Assembly: GCA_963767735.1 (NCBI GenBank)
Contig: CAVYES010000006.1
Span: 320,001-384,000 of the forward strand
DNA length: 64,000 bases
Source of the DNA: Candidatus Bathyarchaeota archaeon
GTDB taxonomy: Archaea > Thermoproteota > Bathyarchaeia > Bathyarchaeales > Bathycorpusculaceae
Direction: 5' to 3'
Part shown: positions 9,477 through 19,579 of the stretch, piece by piece
Layout of the letters: every line of letters begins with the position of its first letter
Position numbering within the stretch: the stretch's first letter is position 1
Translations under genes and position numbers: made by a program
Notes under the pieces: model-generated
Databases searched by the model: none
The model's input: only the letters and a program-made list of their open reading frames with translations
What the model was told of the DNA's origin: nothing

Positions 9477-10268
9477 TCAAACACCAAAAACCTTTTTTGC
9501 TAACTCATCAATAATTGGCGCGATTTTTGGGGCTATCCAGCTTGCGTTTTCTTTAATCCACGTCCATAGTTTTTTGATTTTGCCTTCATCTGGTTCTTTG
9601 TTTTGAAGTTCTTTTTCCAAGGTTTTCAAGTTTTTCTTAATTTCTTCTTTTTGGTCAGGCAAAACATTAGTTTTTTTGTCCACCAACTCGTAAGATTGTT
9701 TGAAAATGTTGTTTACCCGTATATTGAAGTCTTCTTTTGATTCGACTGCCTGAGTTAAGCTTCCATAGTTGTTTCCCTGTACAAATTGTATTGCGATTTG
9801 CTTAAAAGGAAAATTTTCTAAAGAATCAAGTTCATTATTAAGGTATTTTACCAGAAAATCCGCGTTAGCTCCTCCAAGTTTGGATTTAAGAGATTCTATG
9901 TTTACGGTGCTTCCCTTAATTTTAGATAAATCCGCCGTAATTGAGTCTAATCCTTCGCGAAGTTCCGTTGTTTCATTAAACAGAAAAAGCAAAGCTTCAA
10001 GATTGGAAAAAAAACTTGCCATGATAGAGCGATAGAAACGAAAAGCTACCTTCTCATTCAAGGGCATAAGAGAAATAGCTTCGTCTATCACACGCAGAAA
10101 TTTCTGACTCGTTAAGTCTATAGCTTTGAGTTTTTCATCCAATGTCAAGGTGAGCTCTGTCTCATCGAGTTTGTTTCTTAACAGGTCTAATTCGGTATGC
10201 ATGGAATCAAATTTCTTATTCCATTCTTCGACAAATTTTCTCTTCTCATCGTTTCCTAAACTTTCCAT
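9477..10268 (-). CDS. Hypothetical coiled-coil protein with helical C-terminal domain
   Basis: 263-aa ORF with GGTGA RBS; C-terminal LEKELQNKEPDEGKIKKLWTWI. Confidence 0.7.
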   Translation of the reverse strand: MESLGNDEKRKFVEEWNKKFDSMHTELDLLRNKLDETELTLTLDEKLKAIDLTSQKFLRVIDEAISLMPLNEKVAFRFYRSIMASFFSNLEALLFLFNETTELREGLDSITADLSKIKGSTVNIESLKSKLGGANADFLVKYLNNELDSLENFPFKQIAIQFVQGNNYGSLTQAVESKEDFNIRVNNIFKQSYELVDKKTNVLPDQKEEIKKNLKTLEKELQNKEPDEGKIKKLWTWIKENASWIAPKIAPIIDELAKKVFGV

Positions 10269-10390
10269 GAATTACTCACCTTTAGCTTAGGCATTGCTAA
10301 TGTAGAGTATGATGTGAATTTAAGACCTCCTACTCACGTCACTATACAGCATTTTTAATTGAATTCCACACTTCGAGATTTTTTGCAAGG

Positions 10391-10587
10391 GGTAATTTTC
10401 CTTATATTTTTTACCCCAATAATATTAATCTAAGTTAATTTAACGAGGGGTAAGTTTTACTATGTTTTTTACTCCTCATACCATAACCTAACTATCGTTA
10501 TTATTATTTAGCCAACACCAGTAGCCACTATCTAACACCCAAACTTCACCGTCGTAAAGTGTGTGTGTGGGACTAAATTTTAGTCCC
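10391..10587 (+). repeat. Family A non-coding repeat, copy 2
   Basis: Ends in the palindrome GGGACTAAA-T-TTTAGTCCC (10569-10587). Confidence 0.85.
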
Positions 10588-10738
10588 AAACCCTCTACAA
10601 GTTCCCCACTCGGAAAACCCTCACATCCCTTCGCCGCCTCCTAATTTGATTTATGTTTCAAGCGCGCTCGCGCTATCTTGGATAATATGAAAAAGTTTAG
10701 GAGTGTGGGAGTTTATTTATTCATTGGAAGCTTAGAAC

Positions 10739-10906
10739 ATGAGTTTTAAATGTGAATTATGCGGTGGACAAACCAAGAAAATTTACGAAACTGAAACAAA
10801 AGAGTTCTGGAAATGTGAGAAACACCACACAGTCAAAGAAAAAGATGGAAAGGTAAAAAATGTTGAGACCACTGTTTTTATGGTTCCGAAACCGAAAAAG
10901 TCTTGA
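10739..10906 (+). CDS. Small zinc-ribbon-like protein (55 aa, below ORF cutoff)
   Basis: MSFKCELCGG...WKCEKHH. Confidence 0.55.
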   Translation: MSFKCELCGGQTKKIYETETKEFWKCEKHHTVKEKDGKVKNVETTVFMVPKPKKS

Positions 10907-11021
10907 TTTCTTTTCTTTTTGAAATATAACGTTGTCATGTAATTGACGATAGCAAAGTAAACTGGAATTTAAATAAAAAGGAAAATTATTTTTGTTATGT
11001 TTGCTATCCCCAGAAGAATAA

Positions 11022-11150
11022 CTATTTCTTTTCTTCAGGTTTTACCGGTGCCTGCGCTTTAGGCTTACGTTTAAATTTGTTTTCTATCTTTTTGACATCT
11101 TCTTTAAGCTCAACTTTAACGGATTCTTTTTTAGGTTTTTCAGCTGACAT
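11022..11150 (-). CDS. Small Lys/Glu-rich protein (42 aa)
   Basis: GAGGTGA RBS before ATG; MSAEKPKKESVKVELKED... Confidence 0.45.
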   Translation of the reverse strand: MSAEKPKKESVKVELKEDVKKIENKFKRKPKAQAPVKPEEKK

Positions 11151-11283
11151 GTTTTTTCACCTCTGTCAACTGTTACTTTAAACTAATTCCTTAATTTAAA
11201 GGAATTAAGTAGGCATATACTCGATTCCTACTATAACTATACCTTAACCTTATGTGATATGTATAACCTGAACCGAGTAAAAC

Positions 11284-11679
11284 TCATTGTTTTTTAATCA
11301 ATGGACTTAGGTGCTCTACGAACTTCTGATAATTAGTTCCTTTAAGCTTTCTCTTCGTTTTCAAGCTGTCAATTCTGTAGCATGTGAAAACATACCTTTT
11401 TCCATCGAAGTCAATAGCAATTTCCTCTTTTAATCCGCCACAGACTTTGCAGTGAGCATCTTTACCCTTTAGTTTGCGAGATATTGATTTTATAACTCTT
11501 GCAAGGTTTTTTCCTACCTCTTGAAGTTCCAACTCTTCCTCGGAGATTGACTTACGTTTAGGATTTGACACGCTCAATTCTTCGACAATTTCTGCACCTA
11601 ATCTATATTTACTAAACCATTTTGGATTAACTCTTGTCATGTCAACAAGGTTTACGCTATGTTCCTCGTGCATTTCCAA
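11284..11679 (-). CDS. Hypothetical protein with CxxC
   Basis: 131-aa ORF containing HCKVCGG. Confidence 0.6.
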   Translation of the reverse strand: MEMHEEHSVNLVDMTRVNPKWFSKYRLGAEIVEELSVSNPKRKSISEEELELQEVGKNLARVIKSISRKLKGKDAHCKVCGGLKEEIAIDFDGKRYVFTCYRIDSLKTKRKLKGTNYQKFVEHLSPLIKKQ

Positions 11680-11861
11680 TTGTATCGCCTATACCATTAT
11701 TACACTTTGATTTCAACTATTAAGAGTTCTAAATGTCCCTAAATTAAGCACTGTTCCCAAAGCTTAAAGCTCATCTTGGGGGTCGGTCGGTCATTAAATT
11801 TTTAAGCCAACCAGAATGAAAACTTCTTGAATTGGATTAACAATTATTTTTTTCTCAAAAT

Positions 11862-12070
11862 AATGTATGTCCTAATGAAATGTATGTCTCAATAAAATGT
11901 ATGTCCTAACTTTTAATTAGCACATACATTATCTTACCTACCTACCTATACCTTAGAAAAGAATTGATTATTATTTTTAGCCAACACCTGTAGCCTCTAC
12001 ATAGCACCCTAAACTTCAGAAAGGTAATAGTGTGTGTGTGGGGACTAAATTTTAATCTAAATTTTAATCC
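11862..12070 (+). repeat. Family A repeat, copy 3, with a different iteron set
   Basis: AATGTATGTC at 11862, 11879 and 11896 (17-bp period) plus an inverted CACATACATT at 11921; then TTAGCCAACACC...GTGTGTGGGGACTAAATTTTAATC. Confidence 0.8.
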
Positions 12071-12088
12071 AACCAACCAGCGCGCTGC

Positions 12089-13180
12089 CTTGTCCCGATA
12101 TTACGTGTTGAAATACGTTGGTGACACCGCTTTATCGTATCTTCCAATGTTTTGAGCTGCTTCTCTGTTCAGAACCAGGCAAAGTACGCTAAACAGGGCA
12201 TAAGATGCAACTTGCTTCAAGCCTCTAACTTTGTTTACGGTTAGGCTATACTGTGTCTTCAAAAAGCTGAAGACCGCCTCCACATGTGGCCTTTTGTGAT
12301 ACTCCTTTTTCTGGTCTTCCGGTCCATAAGCTCGAAACTTCCGATCCACCCTCAGCAATCCCGCCACGTCCCGTTTCTGGTTTGAACGATACGGAATCAC
12401 CGTTGCGTCAACAGCATCTCTGAGTTTGCCATCACTATACTGGCTGTCAGCTATCACACTTCTCAATTTTGCCTTAGACTGTTTGAGAATCATCTTCGTC
12501 TTATCCAGCAGGTTCAATGAGTGTTTCTGCTCGTTCTGATTGGCCGAAGCGAAAGTGCAAGCCAAAGGAAGCATAGTTGCAGAATCGATAGCTATGTGAA
12601 GTTTGTAGCCGAGCCCGAATGATCTGCCTGTGCGTCCGACTCTGGCTTCTCTGTCTGAATAGCCTCTGCGGTTATCTAACGGATCGCGTGTGCTCCAAGC
12701 ATCTACAAAGGAAGCGTCAAAGATGGAATCGATCTCTCCTGCACCGTTTTGTTTCGAGAGCTTGACAACTTTCTCGTCTATTATGTTGATGAGGCGGGTT
12801 TCTCCGACTTTTCGGATGAACCTGCTCAGGACACTTCGGGAGTAGCCTTTTTCGGCTGTTTTGATGAGGCATAGTCTTCTTAGCCTTTGGTCTGTGTCGA
12901 GTAGTCTGGTCATTTCTCTTAGGCTGCGAACGCCTCTCATTTTCATGACAATGAAGGTTCTGAAAAGTCCCATTGGGTTTCTGGGTGGTCTGCCTGGGCC
13001 GTCGGTGTGGAAGCAACTGAGCAGGGCGGTTTTGGCAAAGCTTAAGTCTACGTTTCGGAAAAGGGTTTCTAGGGTCTCGTGTTCATCTTGTCCCGCTTGG
13101 GGTCACCTCCTAAGCTTGGACGTTTACTCAAAAATACGAGACCCCAACTCAAACATAAACGTTAGGAATTTTGGGACAAG
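12089..13180 (-). mobile_element. Insertion sequence (DDE; IS5/IS1182-like), 1092 bp
   Basis: TIRs CTTGTCCCGATATT and CTTGTCCCAAAATT (reverse complement of the right end); flanking direct repeat CCAGCGCGCTGC at 12077-12088 and 13181-13192. Confidence 0.9.
12101..12973 (-). CDS. DDE transposase
   Basis: FDASF, GYKLH, IADSQY and KRPHVEAVFSFLK. The frame continues upstream (GRPPRNP) to a GCG codon behind an AGGAGGTGA RBS. Confidence 0.9.
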   Translation of the reverse strand: MGLFRTFIVMKMRGVRSLREMTRLLDTDQRLRRLCLIKTAEKGYSRSVLSRFIRKVGETRLINIIDEKVVKLSKQNGAGEIDSIFDASFVDAWSTRDPLDNRRGYSDREARVGRTGRSFGLGYKLHIAIDSATMLPLACTFASANQNEQKHSLNLLDKTKMILKQSKAKLRSVIADSQYSDGKLRDAVDATVIPYRSNQKRDVAGLLRVDRKFRAYGPEDQKKEYHKRPHVEAVFSFLKTQYSLTVNKVRGLKQVASYALFSVLCLVLNREAAQNIGRYDKAVSPTYFNT

Positions 13181-13192
13181 CCAGCGCGCTGC

Positions 13193-13423
13193 CTATATTT
13201 TACCGCCTTGTTTACGAATTTGTTGCTTTACTTCTTCAATTTCTGCTTCCAAATTTAATTGGCGTTGCTGCGATTCTGCAAAGAAATTATGCTCTTGGCC
13301 ATCTTCTGCTTCAGCATCCAATTCCTTTTGCTGGTCCTCGCCATACTCATAATTTTCAACGTGGTCAAGTTGTTTTCGCAAATTTGCAATGTTCTTTATG
13401 GTTGTTAGGAGATTTGGGCACAT
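13193..13423 (-). CDS. Hypothetical coiled-coil protein
   Basis: 76-aa acidic helical ORF. Confidence 0.45.
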   Translation of the reverse strand: MCPNLLTTIKNIANLRKQLDHVENYEYGEDQQKELDAEAEDGQEHNFFAESQQRQLNLEAEIEEVKQQIRKQGGKI

Positions 13424-13498
13424 AGCGCATTATTAATTTGAAGTTCTATTTAGATTTTGATGGCATTTGGTAGATAGTGTTTCTAAAGAGAAGCGCGT

Positions 13499-13660
13499 TA
13501 TAGCAGTTGAAGCAGCAAAAACGCAGTGCAAATGAAAAAGGAAATCGACGGAGGGGACTTGCAGACTCCATAGTCTACGCTACAGGAGTGATCAAAAAAG
13601 CAGATGTTGTTACAGGCGATGAGCATTTCAAAAAACTTGAAGGCGTGCTATTCATAAATA
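13499..13660 (+). pseudogene. VapC 3' fragment
   Basis: GLADSIVYATG..VVTGDEHFKKL; homologous to the 3' ends of 22092-22481 and 29776-30165, with an indel. Confidence 0.85.
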
Positions 13661-13801
13661 ACCACCTGAGAAAACCAACCACTGGCGAGCGAGACAAGTT
13701 ACTCGGGGAAACTCATGACTGAACTCTTCGCATCGCCCTAGCTGGAAGAAGAATCATTCAACAATAGTTCGCTGCTACAATCGAAGGAAAATGAATCTTA
13801 G

Positions 13802-14197
13802 TTATTTCCATGCCCAGACTTTGAGACTGTATTCTCCGTTTTCTTCGGATTCAAGTTCCCAAACGCCGACGGTTTTGTTTAGGTTTGCGAGTTTGGGCGA
13901 GCTTGTCATGAAATAGCAGGCTCCTCTGTAGCTTGATTTCCAGCCTTTGCCGGTTGGCCAGCCTATTCCGTTGATTTTTGTCATTACTGTGTCTCCTTCT
14001 GGCGTCATGAGCATGCCGTTTGCATCTGCCATGAATACTCCGTTTGGCATCATTGTTGAAACTCCTGTATCCGCTACTGTGGCTTCTTTTCCAAAGATGG
14101 TGCCTGCTCCAGAATGTGACACTTCTACTTTTCCTTCTGCAAGAACTCGAATTCCCGTGGTTTTACCTTTTATTTCAAATATTAATTCACCAATCAA
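13802..14197 (-). CDS. Conserved hypothetical beta-rich protein, copy 1
   Basis: Near-identical paralogue at 22620-23015; GGTGA RBS. Confidence 0.8.
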   Translation of the reverse strand: MIGELIFEIKGKTTGIRVLAEGKVEVSHSGAGTIFGKEATVADTGVSTMMPNGVFMADANGMLMTPEGDTVMTKINGIGWPTGKGWKSSYRGACYFMTSSPKLANLNKTVGVWELESEENGEYSLKVWAWK

Positions 14198-14388
14198 AAC
14201 AATTTCACCTTGAAACAGGGATTTTGTTGAAGTTTATTAGAATATGTGACTGAAAGATAGTAGTCACAGCAGCAGCCCATATATCTCATCAAATTGCTAA
14301 AAGACTTAAAATAAAATCAATCAGACCATAAAGTATATTTGGAAAGCAAAAAAAAGAAAGGGCTTTAGAGTGACATCTCCACACAGAC

Positions 14389-14415
14389 AGGGTTCAAATT
14401 CTCCGCTGGTTATCA
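14389..14415 (+). other. Degenerate tRNA 3'-end-like fragment
   Basis: AGGGTTCAAATTCT followed by CCGCTGGTTATCA. Confidence 0.4.
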
Positions 14416-14427
14416 ATTTATTTTTCA

Positions 14428-14505
14428 TTGGACCTTTAAATAAATTTAAGCTGAAATCCAAACGAATACCTTATCAAACCCTAAACAAAAAGAACAACCC
14501 CCAAT
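14428..14505 (+). repeat. Family B-related repeat (similar to 30462-30550)
   Basis: TAAATAAATTTAAGCTGAAATC...AATACCTT.TCAA.CCC is shared by both. Confidence 0.7.
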
Positions 14506-14621
14506 AGTTCTTCCCACAATTATTTTACTTGCTAACTACATACTTTAGAGTAAGAAATTAATTATTTGTTTTAACTATAACTGTAATAATTCAAAGTACA
14601 TAGTAAAGAAGGATACTGCAA

Positions 14622-17216
14622 ATGAACTTGAACAATTTTACAATTAAATCGCAAGAAGCCATTCAGAAGGCCACCGAGATTGCTTTGGCAAAACAGAGCC
14701 AATCAATTGAGCCTTCACATTTGTTGAAAGGCATATTGATGGTTGACGAAAACGTGGTTCCCTATTTACTTAGGAAACTAAATGTTAACCTCGAAGTTTT
14801 TTTAAAGCAACTTGATGTACTAATTGATTCCTTGCCTCAAGTTAGTGGAGGAGGCGAACAGTACCTTTCATCTAATTCTAATCGGGCTCTTCAGAAGGCG
14901 GAGGAAATTGCTTCAGAATTCAAGGATGAATTCATTTCCATCGAGCATCTTTGGCTGGCTATTTTATCGTTAAATGATGATGCTTCGAGATTGCTTCAGA
15001 GTAATGGGGTTAACGACAAGGATTTGAGGGCAGCTATCAAGCAGCTACGAAAAGGATCAACTGTTAATTCTCAAACTGCAGAAGAGACCTACAATGCATT
15101 GAACAAATTTGCAATTAACCTAAATGAAATGGCTAAAAAAGGGAAACTTGATCCTGTTATTGGGCGCGACGAGGAAATCCGAAGAGTCCTACAGATTCTT
15201 TCGCGAAGAACAAAAAATAATCCAATTCTGATCGGAGAGCCAGGTGTTGGCAAAACAGCAATAGCAGAAGGATTAGCACACCGCATAATCGATGGAGATG
15301 TACCTGAGAATCTGAAATCAAAACAAATCTACTCCCTCGACATGAGCGCGCTCATCGCCGGTGCAAAATTCAAAGGCGAATTTGAAGAGCGATTGAAAAG
15401 CGTTGTCAAGGAAGTTGTTTCAGCTGAAGGCGAAATCGTGCTATTCATAGACGAGATTCACACACTCGTCGGAGCGGGCGGCGGCGAAGGAGCAATGGAC
15501 GCAGCCAACATTCTAAAACCCGCATTAGCAAAAGGCGAACTACGCGCAATCGGTGCCACTACACTGAATGAATACCAGAAATATTTTGAAAAAGACAAAG
15601 CTCTCGAAAGACGCTTCCAAAAAGTCATGGTTAATGAACCAGACACATTGGACGCCATTTCCATTCTTCGAGGTCTAAAAGAGCGGTATGAAACATATCA
15701 TCATGTCAGAATCAAAGATGAAGCCATAATTGCAGCTGTGGACCTTTCACAGAAATATATTTCCGACCGTTTCCTTCCAGACAAAGCAATTGACTTGATA
15801 GATGAGGCAGCATCGAAACTTCGACTTGAAATAGATTCCGCTCCTGAAGAACTCGAGATCATAGAGCGCAAGATTCGGCAGTTAGAGATTGAACGTGAAG
15901 CCATTAAACGTGAGAAGGATGAAGTGAAACTAAAATCGCTAAATCATGAGATAGCGAACCTTAGCGAAAAACGCAATCAGCTACGAGCTAAGTGGCAGTC
16001 TGAAAAAGAAATAGTGGACCAGATCCAAATAAAAAAGAATGAAATTGAAAAACTTAAATTTGAAGATGAAAAGGCAAACCGCGTTGGTGATCTTGGACAG
16101 GTCGCAGAAATTCGCTACGGCAGAATTCCCGAAGCAGAAAAAACAATTAAGACTCTGGAGAAAAAACTCTCGGAAATTCAGAAAGATTCACCGATGGTTA
16201 ATGAAGAAGTTGATGCAGAAGAAATTGCCGAAGTGGTTTCCCGATGGACAGGTATCCCAGTTAGCAGAATGCTTCAGAGTGAAAAACAAAAGTTGCTTAA
16301 CATAGAAACCGAGCTTCATATGCGGGTTGTCGGGCAGGATGAAGCAATCAGTGCTGTTGCGGATGCTATTAGGAGAAACCGTGCGGGTTTGCAGGATCCA
16401 AAACGGCCAATAGGCTCTTTTATCTTCTTAGGCACAACGGGGGTTGGAAAAACCGAGTTAGCAAAAGCTTTAGCTGAATTACTATTCAATAATGAAAACA
16501 ACATGGTCAGAATTGACATGTCGGAGTATCAAGAGCGTCATACTGTTTCAAGACTTATTGGCGCACCTCCTGGATACGTGGGTTATGAAGAAAGTGGACA
16601 GCTAACCGAGGCGATTAGAAGAAAACCTTATTCTGTGGTGCTTCTTGACGAGATTGAAAAGGCACATCCCGACGTTTTCAATATACTGCTTCAAGTGCTA
16701 GACGATGGGCGATTGACGGATAACAAGGGTCGAACTGTTGATTTCAAAAATACCATAATCATAATGACCTCAAACATCGGTTCTCATATAATTCAAGAAA
16801 ACCTGGAAAAAATAAATGAAGATAACCGCGAAGAAATCATAAATCAAACACGGCAACAAGTTTTTGATTTACTGAAAAAGACCATTAAGCCAGAATTCCT
16901 GAACCGCATCGACGAGATTATCATGTTTAATTCGTTGACACATGACGAAGTGCGCAAAATAGTAGAACTTCAACTAAAAAACATCCAGAAGATGCTTGAA
17001 AAAAACAGCATCAAACTAACATTCACCAAAAAAGCAGTGGATTTTATAGCCACAATCGGCTACGACCCTCAATTCGGCGCAAGACCAATAAAACGAGTAA
17101 TCCAAAAAAACGTCTTAAATGAATTGTCAAAAATGATCTTAGAAGAAAAAGTCGACAAAAACTCAGCAATTGTGGTCGATGTGAAGAACGGGCAGATGGC
17201 ATTTATCAACAAATAA
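14622..17216 (+). CDS. clpB: ATP-dependent chaperone ClpB (bacterial type)
   Basis: [21 protein letters not shown], coiled-coil M domain, [20 protein letters not shown] and GARP. Confidence 0.97.
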   Translation: MNLNNFTIKSQEAIQKATEIALAKQSQSIEPSHLLKGILMVDENVVPYLLRKLNVNLEVFLKQLDVLIDSLPQVSGGGEQYLSSNSNRALQKAEEIASEFKDEFISIEHLWLAILSLNDDASRLLQSNGVNDKDLRAAIKQLRKGSTVNSQTAEETYNALNKFAINLNEMAKKGKLDPVIGRDEEIRRVLQILSRRTKNNPILIGEPGVGKTAIAEGLAHRIIDGDVPENLKSKQIYSLDMSALIAGAKFKGEFEERLKSVVKEVVSAEGEIVLFIDEIHTLVGAGGGEGAMDAANILKPALAKGELRAIGATTLNEYQKYFEKDKALERRFQKVMVNEPDTLDAISILRGLKERYETYHHVRIKDEAIIAAVDLSQKYISDRFLPDKAIDLIDEAASKLRLEIDSAPEELEIIERKIRQLEIEREAIKREKDEVKLKSLNHEIANLSEKRNQLRAKWQSEKEIVDQIQIKKNEIEKLKFEDEKANRVGDLGQVAEIRYGRIPEAEKTIKTLEKKLSEIQKDSPMVNEEVDAEEIAEVVSRWTGIPVSRMLQSEKQKLLNIETELHMRVVGQDEAISAVADAIRRNRAGLQDPKRPIGSFIFLGTTGVGKTELAKALAELLFNNENNMVRIDMSEYQERHTVSRLIGAPPGYVGYEESGQLTEAIRRKPYSVVLLDEIEKAHPDVFNILLQVLDDGRLTDNKGRTVDFKNTIIIMTSNIGSHIIQENLEKINEDNREEIINQTRQQVFDLLKKTIKPEFLNRIDEIIMFNSLTHDEVRKIVELQLKNIQKMLEKNSIKLTFTKKAVDFIATIGYDPQFGARPIKRVIQKNVLNELSKMILEEKVDKNSAIVVDVKNGQMAFINK

Positions 17217-17481
17217 CAAATAATTTCAACTCGAAAGCAGTCTCAAGCCCTTTTTTCTTTAAAATCAAACTTAACAATTCTAAACCTTTATTGACCGTTC
17301 TCAGCCTATGTTGACCAGTATAATCCGCGCTAAATTATCTAAAAAATAAGAGAAAAAATTGCCCCTGCGAAAATTGCCGGCTAAAGCTAAACGCCTATTT
17401 TGGCATTTGGAGGGTTTGAGAAACCAAGAACGTTGAAAAAAGGTCATAAAAGAATAAAACCTATCTAAACTTACTTTGTCT

Positions 17482-17508
17482 GGGGTTCAAATCCCTTCCC
17501 GCTCGCCA
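17482..17508 (+). other. tRNA 3'-end-like fragment
   Basis: GGGGTTCAAATCCCTTCCCGCTCGCCA: T-arm, acceptor strand and CCA, with no 5' half. Confidence 0.65.
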
Positions 17509-17582
17509 AACGCTCTGTTTGATTTTGGGCAATAAGCCTTTAGTAATAGTTTTTACTCATTGACATAACATCGGGTGGGTTC

Positions 17583-17795
17583 ATGAAATTCGGTGTTGTT
17601 GTTGAGAAAGATGAAGACGGATACTATGTCGCTTCAGTTCCGGAGTTGCCAGGCTGCCATACTCAAGCTAAAACCCTTGATGAGGTTATGAAAAGAATCA
17701 AGGAAGCCATTGAGGCATGTTTGGAGGTTGAAGGATTAAAAAGCCAGGGACGCACCGAACTTGTCGGGGTTCAATTCGTCGAGGTTCAAGCCTAA
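17583..17795 (+). CDS. hicB: HicB family antitoxin
   Basis: YYVASVPELPGCHTQAKTLDE. Confidence 0.92.
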   Translation: MKFGVVVEKDEDGYYVASVPELPGCHTQAKTLDEVMKRIKEAIEACLEVEGLKSQGRTELVGVQFVEVQA

Positions 17796-18017
17796 ATGAG
17801 TTTGAAGCCTCAACCGCCTCAAAAAGTGATTAAAGCTCTATCAAAATTGGGTTTTAAGGTTGTAAGAAAACATGGCAGTCACGTCGTTCTCAAGCATCCA
17901 GATGGCAGGTTAACTGTTGTTCCCGTTCATTCTGGGGAAGATATAGGAATCGGGCTGCTGAATAAAATAATTAAAGACACTGGATTATCCAAAGAGGAAT
18001 TTTTAGCGGTACTTTAG
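17796..18017 (+). CDS. hicA: HicA family toxin
   Basis: GF...HGSHVVLKHPDGRLTVVPVH. Confidence 0.92.
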   Translation: MSLKPQPPQKVIKALSKLGFKVVRKHGSHVVLKHPDGRLTVVPVHSGEDIGIGLLNKIIKDTGLSKEEFLAVL

Positions 18018-18075
18018 GAGCATCACCTCGCAGCGGGAAATATCATCGGGCACCTGTATCTGACACATATCCAAG

Positions 18076-18194
18076 CTTGATTGTTTTTCCATTATTTTTA
18101 TTTGGTTTGGTAGACCGGTTATGGATAGGTGGGCGAAGGTTGAGTCTTTGGTTGCGCTGTGCCAGTGTTCTTCATCAGAAGATACATAAACTAT
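18076..18194 (-). pseudogene. Cupin gene 3' fragment
   Basis: Homologous to 44283-44397 (EEHWH motif region). Confidence 0.7.
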
Positions 18195-18283
18195 CGTTCC
18201 CCTGCACTTAACTCAACGAGATTGACTGTAGTGTCAAAAATCGCTGGGCTTTTAGTCAAATAAAGGAATGGCTTTTATAATCA

Positions 18284-19579
18284 TTGAGGAGATTTAAGGC
18301 AGAACATAAATTGCCTCTAAAATACCTGTGCAGAAAATGCAACAAAACTTATTCGAACCTGGAGTATGAGCAGAGCGGGTTTTGCAGGGTTTGTGGTTCT
18401 TTTCTGTTGCGAAGTTTTAGGGATGATCGTTATGCAGCGATGTTGGCTCAAAAAAGCTTTGGCAATCAAGCTTCCGCAACTTTCGCGGATGGTTCTTTTA
18501 AAGAAAAAATTGCATTAACACGGGCAGCCGAAAGTCTAAGCGGTAGGATTGCTCGTTCAAAAGAATATGAAGTAATCTCTGAAACACAAAACAAAGATGC
18601 GTACCCGGAAGATTCGGTTGAGCATTGGATTTGGAGCGGCGAATACGATCAGGCGCTTATACTTGAAAAAAAGCTCATAAAACAATATGATGGCAAAAGC
18701 CTCGAAGAAACTGTAGCCGGGAAAACTGTTTCGAATCAGCAAGGAGAATGTTACGAAATCTCGGCTTCTTGTTCCTCTACCTTTAAAACGGCAACTTATC
18801 AAGAAAGTAGGCAATTAGTCATTTCTGATCTTAAGGCCCTTCCTGGGATTGGACCTGCTCGCGAAAAAACGCTGAAACGGCAAGGCTACAAGACTATAGA
18901 GGATTTAGAGAATCACTTGCTTTGGCGAAAACCTGCTCAAGACTTTATGAAAATAATAAATAAAAACGACATTCCGCAGATTCAAAAAACGCTTTGGAGA
19001 CGCTTTCCAAAATCGCATCCGCTGCTTCATTATTTAGCTGGGTTCTGCAAAGACCAAGACTTCGCCATAGTCGACATCGAAACTTTGGGGCTCTCAGAGC
19101 GACCCATAATTCTGTTGGGCGTGGCTAAACCAACCAAAACTCATGTTTGTACAAGCCAGTTTTTGCTAAGAGACATTCAAGATGAACCCAGCGCCATTTG
19201 GGCTCTTATTTCGCGACTGGAACCCAACTTATCACTCATAACCTATAACGGCAGAAGCTTTGACATTCCATACATTAAACAAAGATTAGCCTACTATGGA
19301 TTAGATGCGCCGCTGGATAACCCGCATTTTGATGTTCTCCACTTCACCAGACGTGCACTGCGCCACAAACTGTCTGATTGTAAACTGGAAACCGTAGAAA
19401 AATACATAGGAATAAAACGAGACATCAACATTCCAGGCGCTTTAGTTCCCCACTTCTACGAAACTTACTTGAGAACCAAAAATGCAGGACCCCTCGTCGC
19501 AATAGTTGAGCACAATCGGCAAGACCTGCTGACCCTTGGGACATTGTTTTCTAAGCTTTACGAGGAATGGAACCTTTGA
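18284..19579 (+). CDS. YprB/MrfB-like RNase H-fold (DEDD) exonuclease with N-terminal Zn ribbon and HhH
   Basis: CRKC..CRVC; LPGIGP; VDIETLG, TYNGRSFDIPY, HFDVLH and EHNRQD. Confidence 0.88.
   Translation: MRRFKAEHKLPLKYLCRKCNKTYSNLEYEQSGFCRVCGSFLLRSFRDDRYAAMLAQKSFGNQASATFADGSFKEKIALTRAAESLSGRIARSKEYEVISETQNKDAYPEDSVEHWIWSGEYDQALILEKKLIKQYDGKSLEETVAGKTVSNQQGECYEISASCSSTFKTATYQESRQLVISDLKALPGIGPAREKTLKRQGYKTIEDLENHLLWRKPAQDFMKIINKNDIPQIQKTLWRRFPKSHPLLHYLAGFCKDQDFAIVDIETLGLSERPIILLGVAKPTKTHVCTSQFLLRDIQDEPSAIWALISRLEPNLSLITYNGRSFDIPYIKQRLAYYGLDAPLDNPHFDVLHFTRRALRHKLSDCKLETVEKYIGIKRDINIPGALVPHFYETYLRTKNAGPLVAIVEHNRQDLLTLGTLFSKLYEEWNL

Larger units (their letters stand above)
13499..14272 (+). 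repeat. Duplicated segment (copy of ~22317-23091)
   Basis: Colinear high similarity covering the vapC 3' end, spacer, 131-aa gene and its promoter. Confidence 0.9.

Noticed and set aside
7155-12070. Classical integron with attC sites
   Set aside because: No IntI, no RYYYAAC/GTTRRRY-bounded hairpins recognised, and genes face both directions.
12717-13352. ORFs 12717-13016 and 12861-13352 as extra IS genes or a programmed frameshift
   Set aside because: The transposase frame is already open upstream; these are alternative-frame shadows.
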